The notes beneath the pieces were generated by a model that made no database searches, was not told the DNA's origin, and was given only the letters and a program-made list of their open reading frames with translations. DNA of 64,000 nt from an uncultured Clostridia bacterium. Lineage in GTDB: Bacteria > Bacillota > Clostridia > Christensenellales > UBA1242. Positions 53,750-62,513 of the stretch are shown here, one piece after another; the first letter of the stretch is position 1, and each line of letters opens with the position of its first letter. The stretch spans positions 27,692 to 91,691 of the forward strand of contig CANPWN010000002.1 in NCBI GenBank assembly GCA_947584415.1. Direction: 5' to 3'. The position numbers were made by a program, and so were the translations under genes.

Positions 53750-55198
53750 TCAATCTTTATCGGCTTTATCACACGCTTTATTAAAATAAACATAGGAGGC
53801 TTTGTCATCACTGACATATTTTAAAACCTCTTTAAAATTGCCCTTCGCTTTGAAATATTTGCCATCTAAATACGCCCTCACGCCTTCTTCAAAGGTGTTT
53901 TTAAGATGAATAAGCCTGTCACGCTTCTTTCTTGGATAGACCATTAAACTTTCAAATAGGCTTGTGTTTTCAACGCCATCAACCATGACTGAACCAACAT
54001 AACGGTAGTCGAATTCATAGTCCGTTGGCACTTCGTTCAAACTATCCTTTGAAAAAATGACCTTTGTTCCAAGCAGATGATTTATATCCTCCATTTTTGA
54101 TGCCAAATTGACAACATCTGAAATTATGGTTGGGCTTTTTCTTTCTTCTTCACCAACAATGCCAAACATCACTTCGCCAGTGTGAATTGAAATTTTAACT
54201 TCAACATTTGGCAGCGCTTTTTGACTTCGGTTTTTGACTTCTATTGCTCTGTAAATTGCAGTTGAACACTCAATTGCCCTTTCAGGTTTTGAAAAGACTG
54301 CCAAAATTCCATCACCCATATATTTATCAACAAAACCACCATGTTTTCTTATTATTGGTGAAACGACATTTAAGTAAGAATTTATAAAATTAAAATTCTC
54401 CTCCAGCGAAAGTGTTGAAGATAGTTTGGTTGAACTTACAATATCACAAAACAGCGTTGTTGCATGCTTTTGAATTTGGTTGCCAAGTTCAAGTTCAGTT
54501 ATGGAGTTTTTGCCAAGAAATTTTAAAAACTCCTTAGGGATAAATTTTTGCGCCTCCAAATCAGTTTGACGGACAAGATTTTCTTTTTCTTTGTAATTAT
54601 AATTTATCTTTTCAAGACTTGCCTCTATGTTTTTAAACTGCTTTGATTTGCCTATTGAAAAACTTTCCTCTCTCACCCTTCCGTCACCTAAACGGTAAGT
54701 GATTTTTTCAACTCTTTGCACTGGGCGACAGGCGAAATAAAATATGAAAAATATTGCTATGGCATAAACAAGACTTATAAGCAGTGCCCACAAGAGTGTG
54801 TTTGTTGAACTTGCTGATGAAAGTTTTAATGTTTTTGCAACAAGTTGCACACTCCCGCCCTCTGAGTTTGGAATAACCGAAAGAAAGTAAATTCCACCGC
54901 CATACAAGAGGGATAAAGGAAGAATCATGAAAAATAGCACACTCCCAAGCCTAAGTGTTCTCAAAAAACGGACAAAAAGTATTATGCCAAAAACACTTGC
55001 AAGACTTCCCAAAACAATTGCACTTATTCCAAGAGGGTTTAAACTTACAAAAATACTTCCTCCCACAAGGGCAAATGAACGGAAAAAATAAACACTTAAC
55101 ACCACCGAAGGAATAAGCGTCAGCAAAAATATCAATATAAAAATCTTTGTTGAAAGCCTCATGCCTTTATTTTGAGAAAAAAGCAAAATTGTATTCAA
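53750..55198 (-). CDS. Membrane-anchored class III nucleotidyl (adenylate-type) cyclase
   Basis: N-terminal multi-TM region, a HAMP-like linker, and a catalytic domain with LFCDIVSST, DKYMGDGILAVF, IHTGEVMFGIVG, ISDVVNLASKME. The start is uncertain (TTG at 55198 or ATG at 55162), and neither has a clear SD. Confidence 0.8.
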   Translation of the reverse strand: MNTILLFSQNKGMRLSTKIFILIFLLTLIPSVVLSVYFFRSFALVGGSIFVSLNPLGISAIVLGSLASVFGIILFVRFLRTLRLGSVLFFMILPLSLLYGGGIYFLSVIPNSEGGSVQLVAKTLKLSSASSTNTLLWALLISLVYAIAIFFIFYFACRPVQRVEKITYRLGDGRVREESFSIGKSKQFKNIEASLEKINYNYKEKENLVRQTDLEAQKFIPKEFLKFLGKNSITELELGNQIQKHATTLFCDIVSSTKLSSTLSLEENFNFINSYLNVVSPIIRKHGGFVDKYMGDGILAVFSKPERAIECSTAIYRAIEVKNRSQKALPNVEVKISIHTGEVMFGIVGEEERKSPTIISDVVNLASKMEDINHLLGTKVIFSKDSLNEVPTDYEFDYRYVGSVMVDGVENTSLFESLMVYPRKKRDRLIHLKNTFEEGVRAYLDGKYFKAKGNFKEVLKYVSDDKASYVYFNKACDKADKD

Positions 55199-55248
55199 AA
55201 CGAATAGAAAAACTTTTGTGAAACATAATAAGGCAAAAGGAGAACGAA

Positions 55249-55692
55249 ATGGACAAAAATGAACTTTTGATGGACTATGTCAATGCCATCTATCAAAACA
55301 TCAACGCAGGCACACAATCAATTGAGGATATACTTCCAAAAATTGAAGATGACGCCTTCAAAAAGGAAGTGGCGGAAATTCAGAGCGACTACATGGCGCT
55401 TGGAAAAGAGTGCGAAATGTTTGCCAAAAGCGAGCATATTGAAGGTTTTAAGGGTAATAACTGGTTTGAAAAAGCACGCATGTGGATGAGCGTTAACATG
55501 TCAACTATGACAGACCACTCCAACCGCAAAATCGCTGAACTTCTTTTGTTTGGCACTTTTATGGGTTATGTCACCTGCGTGAAGGACTTGTCTGACCACA
55601 AAAATATTTCAAAAGAGTTAGATGAAATTTTGGAAAAACTTAAAACCTATCAGCGTCAAAGCATGGAAAAATTGTTTAAGTATCTTGACTAA
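55249..55692 (+). CDS. Hypothetical helical protein (147 aa)
   Basis: Good SD (AAAAGGAGAACGAA-ATG). No recognised motif. The 3' end overlaps the convergent gene by 4 nt. Confidence 0.5.
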   Translation: MDKNELLMDYVNAIYQNINAGTQSIEDILPKIEDDAFKKEVAEIQSDYMALGKECEMFAKSEHIEGFKGNNWFEKARMWMSVNMSTMTDHSNRKIAELLLFGTFMGYVTCVKDLSDHKNISKELDEILEKLKTYQRQSMEKLFKYLD

Positions 55693-56003
55693 GGTTTTAT
55701 AAGTTTGCCTTTATAGAGAATAAAAACTTGCCTGTCATCAAAAAATGGCAGGTTTTTTATTGCCAGACGCAACTCTTCAACAAACACCTCTTCGCTATTT
55801 GGATAGTCATAAAAAAAATACTGCCCTTCCAAAGGGTTATATTCAAACACGCTTTTGTTTTTTATCTCACTTCCCTTAACTTCCAAATGAAAAGAGGCCT
55901 TATCTTCAACAATAATAAAATAAACAAACCCTATTTCGTCTGCGAGCGGGTCATCCTCTAACATGCCATCAAGATATGCATACAAACTTTTTTCAAGTTC
56001 CAT
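55689..56003 (-). CDS. Hypothetical small acidic protein (104 aa)
   Basis: Its ATG overlaps the TGA of the upstream gene (TGATG), which implies translational coupling. No recognised motif. Confidence 0.5.
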   Translation of the reverse strand: MELEKSLYAYLDGMLEDDPLADEIGFVYFIIVEDKASFHLEVKGSEIKNKSVFEYNPLEGQYFFYDYPNSEEVFVEELRLAIKNLPFFDDRQVFILYKGKLIKP

Positions 56004-56506
56004 CACACGCCCCTAAGAAAAATCACAACGCACTCACTGATAAGGCTTAAAATTAAAAAGACAAGTGCAAAGTTAAAATACAAAAACTTGCTTTTAATGG
56101 CTTTTGCAGATGCGACAACTTGCCTTGCTAAGTCAAGGTCAAAATTGTCAGGCTTATACCCTTTGAAGAGCGGATAGGCTCTGACAATGCAACTGACATA
56201 ATCTTCTGGCGAAAGTGAGGCAATCACTTTGTAATAGAGAAGATTGTCAGTTTTTGTCTTTCCACTTGGAGAAGTGAAATGAAAATTTTTGACCGACAAT
56301 GCCAAAAAAGAATATATGACGCTGACAAGTGAAAATAGCGCCGCCACACCGCTAAGCACCCTTATAAGTGGCGAAGCAGAAGAGAGAAAGGTGGCGCAAA
56401 ACACAGCGAGCGCAGACGCCAAAGCAATTGAAATGGAGTGCTTTGTTTCAGCGTATTTAAGTTGCTCTTCAAGTCGGTCAAAAACATATTTTAAAGTCTG
56501 TTTCAC
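56003..56506 (-). CDS. Three-TM small membrane protein (PycTM/DUF5706- or SLATT-like architecture, unverified)
   Basis: An N-terminal amphipathic helix ends in YAETKHSISIAL and runs into a TM hairpin. A ~70-aa soluble segment and a C-terminal TM follow. GTG start with no SD, 19 nt after the M50 protease gene. Confidence 0.45.
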   Translation of the reverse strand: MKQTLKYVFDRLEEQLKYAETKHSISIALASALAVFCATFLSSASPLIRVLSGVAALFSLVSVIYSFLALSVKNFHFTSPSGKTKTDNLLYYKVIASLSPEDYVSCIVRAYPLFKGYKPDNFDLDLARQVVASAKAIKSKFLYFNFALVFLILSLISECVVIFLRGV

Positions 56507-56525
56507 AATTTAATTTTTGACAAAT

Positions 56526-57359
56526 TTACAAATTTAATTCTTTGAGCGAAGTTGTAAGCGGATAATTCATGCATAAGGAAATAACCTTTTTTTCAGATAT
56601 CATTTTGGTCTTCCCCTCTGATAAAACAAAAAAAATTGTCAATTTTGATTGGTCAATGTTTTTTATAAGTTCACCGAGTGTCACATTTTCACTTACAGAA
56701 AGCGTTTTGACCGAAGAAAAGTCTTTGATGACTTTTTTAAAAACAGAGATATGCTCATATTTTCCCTCAAATTTCGTTTCAATTACCCCACAAATAAGAA
56801 AAACAACCATTAGTGCAAGTGTTGGGTTATAGTCATAAAAACAGGTCAAAATAAAGCCTGCCAAAAACAAAATTGAAAAGGCAATGTTAAACGCTATTGA
56901 CAAGTTTAACGCTTTTTTGCGTGATATCTTTTCGCTCAACAACCCCGTTAACATCCTTCCACCATCAATCGGATAAGCAGGAAGCAAATTGAAAAGAGCC
57001 AAAAACAGACTGCAAACACAAAGGTTAAAAGTGAAATTGTATGTCACTGGGCAAATCCACCATAATGATGATATGGTGGCACTTAAAATAATGTTTGCCA
57101 TAGGCCCAGCCAAAGCAATCTTAACCTCATCTTTTGGCAAAAATTTGCCGTCTTTGTAATTCAATGCAACACCATAAGGGGCAAGATAAAAGTTGGTCAG
57201 TTTATAGCCCAGACGCTTTGCGACATAATAGTGCCCAAATTCATGTACAAGCACAGACAAAAATAAAACCAAAAACTCTGCTATCTGCCCTGTTGCAACA
57301 AACCAAATGAATAACAAAAAAAAGGTTGGATGAATTGGAATTTTTCTTAATATCCGCAT
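56526..57359 (-). CDS. spoIVFB: M50 metalloprotease, SpoIVFB-like
   Basis: HEFGHY, GPMANI, FNLLPAYPIDGGRML, and a C-terminal soluble domain. I prefer the start at MRILRK (GGTGA SD). The track ORF extends to 57455 with a Cys-rich peptide. Confidence 0.5.
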   Translation of the reverse strand: MRILRKIPIHPTFFLLFIWFVATGQIAEFLVLFLSVLVHEFGHYYVAKRLGYKLTNFYLAPYGVALNYKDGKFLPKDEVKIALAGPMANIILSATISSLWWICPVTYNFTFNLCVCSLFLALFNLLPAYPIDGGRMLTGLLSEKISRKKALNLSIAFNIAFSILFLAGFILTCFYDYNPTLALMVVFLICGVIETKFEGKYEHISVFKKVIKDFSSVKTLSVSENVTLGELIKNIDQSKLTIFFVLSEGKTKMISEKKVISLCMNYPLTTSLKELNL

Positions 57360-57468
57360 ATCTTCATCACCACAAGCACAACCACCGCCGTCACATTGGC
57401 AATAATCATATAAACAATACTTCTGCGCATAACACATCTTATGATTTAAAAACAAAAATTATTATAAC

Positions 57469-57500
57469 CACAAGATGTTGTGTGTGTTATGTCATAATAC
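57469..57500 (+). repeat. Double-palindrome motif, copy C
   Basis: CACAAGATGTTGTGTGTGTTATGTCATAATAC, 27/32 identical to copy B. Lies in a divergent intergenic region. Confidence 0.7.
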
Positions 57501-57515
57501 TTCAAACATAAGCCG

Positions 57516-57544
57516 TTGACATGAATTGATTAAAGTGTTATTAT
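57516..57544 (+). promoter_or_regulatory. Putative promoter of the 287-aa gene
   Basis: TTGACA, a 17-nt spacer, then TATTAT with TG at the extended -10 position. Confidence 0.5.
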
Positions 57545-57562
57545 GATTGTGTTGGAGAAATC

Positions 57563-58426
57563 ATGAAAAAGAAATCTTTAGAAAAATATAATGCAATAAT
57601 TGTGCAAGATGGAGTTTTGTGTTACGCTCATCCGATAACATTAAATCAACAAAGAAAAATTGCGGCTCAATTCCCTGCTTTCACTTGTGCAGAACTTGAT
57701 AAAAAGGCAGTCAAAGAAAATGCATTCAAACTTCGTGACAAAAATGGCAGATTCTTTGGCTGGTGTTTGACACCTTCGGTTTCAACCCAAGATTTTTCGC
57801 AGGACAATGCCATAATCAATGGGTTTTACAAAGACAATGCAGTCTTTCATATTTCACATGATGGTGGAATCAGCCCTTACATGGCAAGTTTTAAAGGATA
57901 TGGCTTGCGAGTTAGCATTCATTTAAAATATATGTCTGACAGCAAAGTGACAAAATCCTGTGTGAACAAAACTTTGACCAACAATATCTGCACTCATGCA
58001 ATCAATTACAATCCAGGCAATTCATTCCCCCTCACAATTACTTCAACTGCTCCAGTTGTCATGTTTGGTAAACGGGAATATTTATGGCTTAATAGAAACG
58101 AATGTGAAACAAATCAAGAAGATTTTATGGACCTTGTATCACTTAAAATTATAGCGAAGGCTAAAGGATATAAAAAAGGCGAATTTAATTTTGCAGATAA
58201 TAAAAAATTGCAAAGGCAATGCGTTGAAAAAGCTTTACAAGATAGCGATGAAGAAGAATTGCCCCTTGTAATGAAAGGATTTTTATTTGAACAAGAAAAT
58301 TATCAAAGGTTTATATTGCCTCAAGCCGAAAAAATTGAATGGCCTCAAAATATTGAAAATTTTTCTCAATTTGATATTTCTGATTCTGATAGTTTTATGT
58401 TAGATTGCACAGAAAAAACAAAATAA
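57563..58426 (+). CDS. Hypothetical protein (287 aa)
   Basis: SD GGAGAAATC-ATG and terminator CTGCC-ataa-GGCAG plus T7 at 58430-58450. The segment GWCLTPS...GYGLRVSIHL is faintly reminiscent of DUF6273-type domains. Confidence 0.5.
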   Translation: MKKKSLEKYNAIIVQDGVLCYAHPITLNQQRKIAAQFPAFTCAELDKKAVKENAFKLRDKNGRFFGWCLTPSVSTQDFSQDNAIINGFYKDNAVFHISHDGGISPYMASFKGYGLRVSIHLKYMSDSKVTKSCVNKTLTNNICTHAINYNPGNSFPLTITSTAPVVMFGKREYLWLNRNECETNQEDFMDLVSLKIIAKAKGYKKGEFNFADNKKLQRQCVEKALQDSDEEELPLVMKGFLFEQENYQRFILPQAEKIEWPQNIENFSQFDISDSDSFMLDCTEKTK

Positions 58427-58446
58427 ACTGCCATAAGGCAGTTTTT

Positions 58447-59115
58447 TTATGCTTCGCTTTGGGTGTCATCATTAAAGAAGTCCTCTCCGTCATCTTCGGC
58501 TGGAGGAAGTTCATCTTCAAACTTAAAGTTGTCAGTGTTTTTGAAAAGTGAATTGTCGCTTTGTTCATCCTCTTCGTCAAGCACTTTAATTCTTTCCAAA
58601 AGTTGATTATAATCTGGCAAATCTTCCACAGAGGTGATGTTAAATCTCTTCAAAAACTGCTCGGTTGTGCCAAACATAAATGGTCTGCCAACCGCGTCTT
58701 TTCTTCCGACAATTTCAATCATGTTTTGGTCCAAAAGCGCTTGGGTTGCATAGTCACAATTAACGCGCCTAATGTCCTCTATTTCAAGTTTTGTGACAGG
58801 CTGCTTGTAAGCAATTATAGCAAGCGTTTCAAGTGCAGCGCGGGTCAATGCTTTTTCACGAATTGGACTTAAAACATCCTCTATGTATGTTGCAAAATTA
58901 GGATTGGTTGCAAGTTGAATTTTATTCTTATATCTGATAAGATGCAAACCGTTTTCCTTACTGCACTCCTTTTCAAGTTCATCAATGGCTTTGTCAAGTT
59001 CTTTCTCAGTAACTTCAAGTTTTTCTGCCAAAATTGACCTTTCAACGCCATCTCCTGACGCAAAAAGAATTGCCTTTAAAACTTCCTTTAAATTGTATTG
59101 CGTGTCTATGCTCAT
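58447..59115 (-). CDS. scpB: Segregation and condensation protein B
   Basis: ILFASGDGV, IAYKQPVT..EIE.IRRV, and GRP..FGTT motifs, with an acidic tail. Confidence 0.92.
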   Translation of the reverse strand: MSIDTQYNLKEVLKAILFASGDGVERSILAEKLEVTEKELDKAIDELEKECSKENGLHLIRYKNKIQLATNPNFATYIEDVLSPIREKALTRAALETLAIIAYKQPVTKLEIEDIRRVNCDYATQALLDQNMIEIVGRKDAVGRPFMFGTTEQFLKRFNITSVEDLPDYNQLLERIKVLDEEDEQSDNSLFKNTDNFKFEDELPPAEDDGEDFFNDDTQSEA

Positions 59116-59864
59116 ACGCCCTCCTCTGTGGAAATAATATGTATTTTATCAAATATCCCGTTTTGTTCAACCCGAATTGTTTGAAGTTTAAGTAAGTCCA
59201 AAAGTGCCAAAAAGACATTTATCATTTCGCTCTTCGTCATGTCTGGCGCAAACAAATCCTCAAACTCAAACCGCTTATGCTCATGTGCATACGAGCGGAT
59301 TGAAATGATTTTTTCTGCCACAGTAAATCTGTCCTTAACAACCGTTTTTGGCTGCTCTAATTCCTTTGGTTTCATTGACGCTCTGGCAAGAATACCAGCA
59401 AAAGCGTCCAAAAGTTTGTCAAGCACCATATCTTTGACAATGATTTTGACCTTTTCTGTTTCCTCTCCTGGCATACGGTAAAACTTGTTGATATCCTCTC
59501 TTTCCTTAAGTCCAGCGCCAATTTCTTTGAAGAGTTCATATTCTTTAAGTCGGCGAAGTAACAGTGCCTCGCTGTCCTCCTCTTCACTCTCCTCTTCCTC
59601 CATGCTTGGAAGAAGATATTTGCTTTTTATTTCAATCAAAATTGCCGCAACTGCAATGAACTCGCTCGCCTTTTCCATGTCTATGCCATCAAGACCTTTC
59701 ATATATTCAAGATATTGGTCTGTGACATCTGCAAGTTTGACATCCATAATGTCCATCTTAGAAGAGCGGATAAGATGCAACAATAAATCAAGTGGACCCT
59801 CAAAATTGTCCAACTTAAATCTGTATCTGTCATCTAAAAAATTTAATTGTTCGGTTTCGCTCAT
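59112..59864 (-). CDS. scpA: Segregation and condensation protein A
   Basis: F.GPLDLLLHLI. Overlaps the scpB start. Confidence 0.9.
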   Translation of the reverse strand: MSETEQLNFLDDRYRFKLDNFEGPLDLLLHLIRSSKMDIMDVKLADVTDQYLEYMKGLDGIDMEKASEFIAVAAILIEIKSKYLLPSMEEEESEEEDSEALLLRRLKEYELFKEIGAGLKEREDINKFYRMPGEETEKVKIIVKDMVLDKLLDAFAGILARASMKPKELEQPKTVVKDRFTVAEKIISIRSYAHEHKRFEFEDLFAPDMTKSEMINVFLALLDLLKLQTIRVEQNGIFDKIHIISTEEGV

Positions 59865-60563
59865 CTAAAAAAGCCTCCAGAGTTTGAAAAATAGTTCTTC
59901 AACGCCAAACACCGCATAATGATAAATAATGTCAAACACCGGCAAGATGATGAATATCATCAAAACCAGTCCGCCATAACGATACATAAACTGCACAAAC
60001 TTGTTTTCTGTCCTTAAAAATGATGCTAAGAAGTTGAACCCATCCAAAGGATATATCGGCAGAAGATTGAATAATGCAAGGGAGATGTTTAAAGAAGTTG
60101 AAAACGACAATAGGAAATATGCAAAAAGTCCTATTGTGCTGTTAAGATTAAGCCTGCCACCAAAGAAGAATAACAGGCAACTGAAAATCAACCCTAAAAC
60201 AAAATTTGTCACAACTCCTGAGCATGAAACAAGCCTTATGCCCTTTTTATAATTGCGAAAATTGAGCGGGTTGACCGGCACAGGTTTTGCCCAGCCAAAT
60301 CCAACGAAAAGGAAGGAAACCATCCCCCACGCGTCAAGATGCTTGAACGGGTTAAGCGAAAGTCTGCCCATTGCTTTTGCAGTTTTGTCACCGCACCAAT
60401 ATGCTACCAGTCCATGAGATAGTTCATGCAAAACAAAGGCAATAAGCAAGGAAATAGCATAGGCAAGGAAAAATGCCAAAAATTGCATACCATTAAGTTG
60501 AAGTGTGAACAAGTAGTAAATCATAGGACAACTTAGTATAGCAAAAATATATTTTTTTGACAA
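59865..60563 (-). CDS. Site-2 protease family (M50) membrane protein
   Basis: HELSHG and NLLPIYPLDGF motifs, with the compact 232-aa architecture common upstream of scpA. Confidence 0.75.
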   Translation of the reverse strand: MSKKYIFAILSCPMIYYLFTLQLNGMQFLAFFLAYAISLLIAFVLHELSHGLVAYWCGDKTAKAMGRLSLNPFKHLDAWGMVSFLFVGFGWAKPVPVNPLNFRNYKKGIRLVSCSGVVTNFVLGLIFSCLLFFFGGRLNLNSTIGLFAYFLLSFSTSLNISLALFNLLPIYPLDGFNFLASFLRTENKFVQFMYRYGGLVLMIFIILPVFDIIYHYAVFGVEELFFKLWRLF

Positions 60564-60626
60564 ACAAAAACCGCTCTTTTAATTTAAGAGCGGTCAAGTT
60601 TTTCAACTTAATTGTAAGTTATATTG

Positions 60627-61796
60627 TCACCATTTGTCAATTATTCTTTCAAGTGTGTCCATATATCCCATCTTTTCAAGATTTTCATTTGTCACAATGT
60701 CAATTTCTTTTACAATGACGCCATCTTTTGAAACAACAATTTTTCCAACACTTTCATCTGCTTTTACAGGCGCTTTGACGGAGTTTGGCAGGTTAACTTC
60801 AACGCTGTATCCACCATCTTCTCCTTTCTTTACAAGAGCGGTGTAATTTTCTTTTGCATAAAGACCAGTGCATAATATCTTGCCTTTTGAAACAGTCGCG
60901 TCAGCAAGTTTTTGTTCGCTGTTCACCAAAAAGATGTTTTCAAAATTTGCAAAGCCATAATTTAAAAGTTTTGAGCACTCGTTAAATCTTGTTTTTGAGT
61001 CCTTTGCGCCAACAATAACACCAATTAGCCTCATATCTCCACGCTTTGCTGTTGCACTTAAGCAGCAACCCGCCTCATTTGTTGAACCTGTCTTTCCACC
61101 ATCACAACCATTGAAGTATTTTATAAGTCTGTTCGTGTTGACAAGACCTGTTTTTCTGCCTGATGGATGGATAAGGTCCTCCATCCAAATTGTTGAATAA
61201 TCATGATAAATTTTATGTTTTGTCACTTCCTTTAAAACAAGGGCGCTATCATAGGCTGATGAATATTGCTCTGGAGAAGGAAGTCCTGTGCAATTTTCAT
61301 AGTTTGTATCCTCCATCTTTAAGGCCTTCGCACGCTTGTTCATAAGTTTAACAAACCCCTCTTCGCTGCCAGCAATATGCTCAGCAAGAGCAACTGACGC
61401 GTCATTTGCAGATGCAATGATAACGCTTTTTAACAAATCTTCAACCGAATATTCAACATAAGGGTCAATGAACACTTGACTTCCGCCCATGCTTGATGCG
61501 TTTTCAGAAGTTGTGACCATGTCAGAGAGTTGAAGTTCCCCTTTTTCAAGTTCTTCCAAAGTGAGAAGAATAGTCATCATTTTGACCATGCTTGCAACTG
61601 GGGCTTTTTTATGCTCATCTTTTTTCATAAGCACTTCGCCAGAATAATAATCCATCAAAACTGCACTTTTGCTTGTGATGTCATCAGCCTGCTCAGCATG
61701 GACAGTTGTTACAACGCTGCCACAACATATTGTGAGTATTATAACATAAATGAGCAAAGATATTGAAAATGCTGTTAAAATCTTTTTCATATTCAC
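60627..61796 (-). CDS. dacB: D-alanyl-D-alanine carboxypeptidase (S11, DacB/DacF-like)
   Basis: Signal peptide, active-site SMVKMMT (SxxK), SAND (SxN), KTG, and a C-terminal PBP5 domain. Confidence 0.88.
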   Translation of the reverse strand: MNMKKILTAFSISLLIYVIILTICCGSVVTTVHAEQADDITSKSAVLMDYYSGEVLMKKDEHKKAPVASMVKMMTILLTLEELEKGELQLSDMVTTSENASSMGGSQVFIDPYVEYSVEDLLKSVIIASANDASVALAEHIAGSEEGFVKLMNKRAKALKMEDTNYENCTGLPSPEQYSSAYDSALVLKEVTKHKIYHDYSTIWMEDLIHPSGRKTGLVNTNRLIKYFNGCDGGKTGSTNEAGCCLSATAKRGDMRLIGVIVGAKDSKTRFNECSKLLNYGFANFENIFLVNSEQKLADATVSKGKILCTGLYAKENYTALVKKGEDGGYSVEVNLPNSVKAPVKADESVGKIVVSKDGVIVKEIDIVTNENLEKMGYMDTLERIIDKW

Positions 61797-61863
61797 CCCT
61801 TTAAAAGATGTTTAAAAAAACGCTCTTTTAAGGTAGCGTTTGCAAAAATTTTTATTTAATTCA

Positions 61864-62493
61864 TCATATTACCAAAATTATGTTTGACGAAAACAGACTT
61901 AAAAGCACCGTTTCCACAACATTTATAATTAAGCAAATCAAAAGAAAAATCAAAAACATCTTTCCCCGACTTTCTGACTTCGAACCAAATTTTTTGCAAT
62001 TTGAATTGGCTTTTGATATTAAGGACAGAAACATCACCATCACTGCGAGCAGCAATATTTGACATGGCAAAACAATGAATATGGTTTGAAGAAGTCCGCT
62101 CATACCAAAGTTTGAGCATAAACCACAGATGTTGAACCCCAAAAGATATCCTCTGAAAGAGAGAACTAACACTCCTATTGGCATTGTAAATGCACGAAGA
62201 GAACAAATGTAACAGACGCCAAACACAACAATGATTGAAAAACTGCGTGAGAAAAACGCGCCAAGTCCAGTTTTTATGCCGCTTATTGAAAGGATGTATT
62301 CATTTGATAAAAAGTTTGTTTTACTTGAGCAAAATATGACTATGCCGGCAATAAAACATAAGAGGGTTATTATGCCAATAAGGATTATCCTTCCCTTACA
62401 AGAACATAAACTTTCCTTAAAGGACAACTTAACGCGACTGAAAATGGCCTGAGATTTTCTTTTCATAGAATAAAATATTACAAATCTCGACAA
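61864..62493 (-). CDS. spoIIM: SpoIIM-like integral membrane protein
   Basis: Five or six TM segments with FRGYLLGF and LP.Q.LLL patterns resembling SpoIIM. Terminator at about 61821-61845. Confidence 0.45.
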   Translation of the reverse strand: MSRFVIFYSMKRKSQAIFSRVKLSFKESLCSCKGRIILIGIITLLCFIAGIVIFCSSKTNFLSNEYILSISGIKTGLGAFFSRSFSIIVVFGVCYICSLRAFTMPIGVLVLSFRGYLLGFNICGLCSNFGMSGLLQTIFIVLPCQILLLAVMVMFLSLISKANSNCKKFGSKSESRGKMFLIFLLICLIINVVETVLLSLFSSNIILVI

Positions 62494-62513
62494 AAAAGAA
62501 CGGTAAATATTGC

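Noticed and set aside
53750-55198. Calling the cyclase a Pycsar PycC pyrimidine cyclase
   Set aside because: The multi-TM plus HAMP-like plus CHD architecture, together with the Lys/Asp pair, looks like a conventional membrane adenylate cyclase. It is not in the same operon as the TM-effector-like gene, since two genes intervene and one is on the opposite strand. I kept it only as a hypothesis to test.
61856-62206. 116-aa minus-strand ORF overlapping the SpoIIM-like gene in another frame
   Set aside because: It is fully nested in the longer membrane-protein ORF, has no SD, and has an implausible composition.
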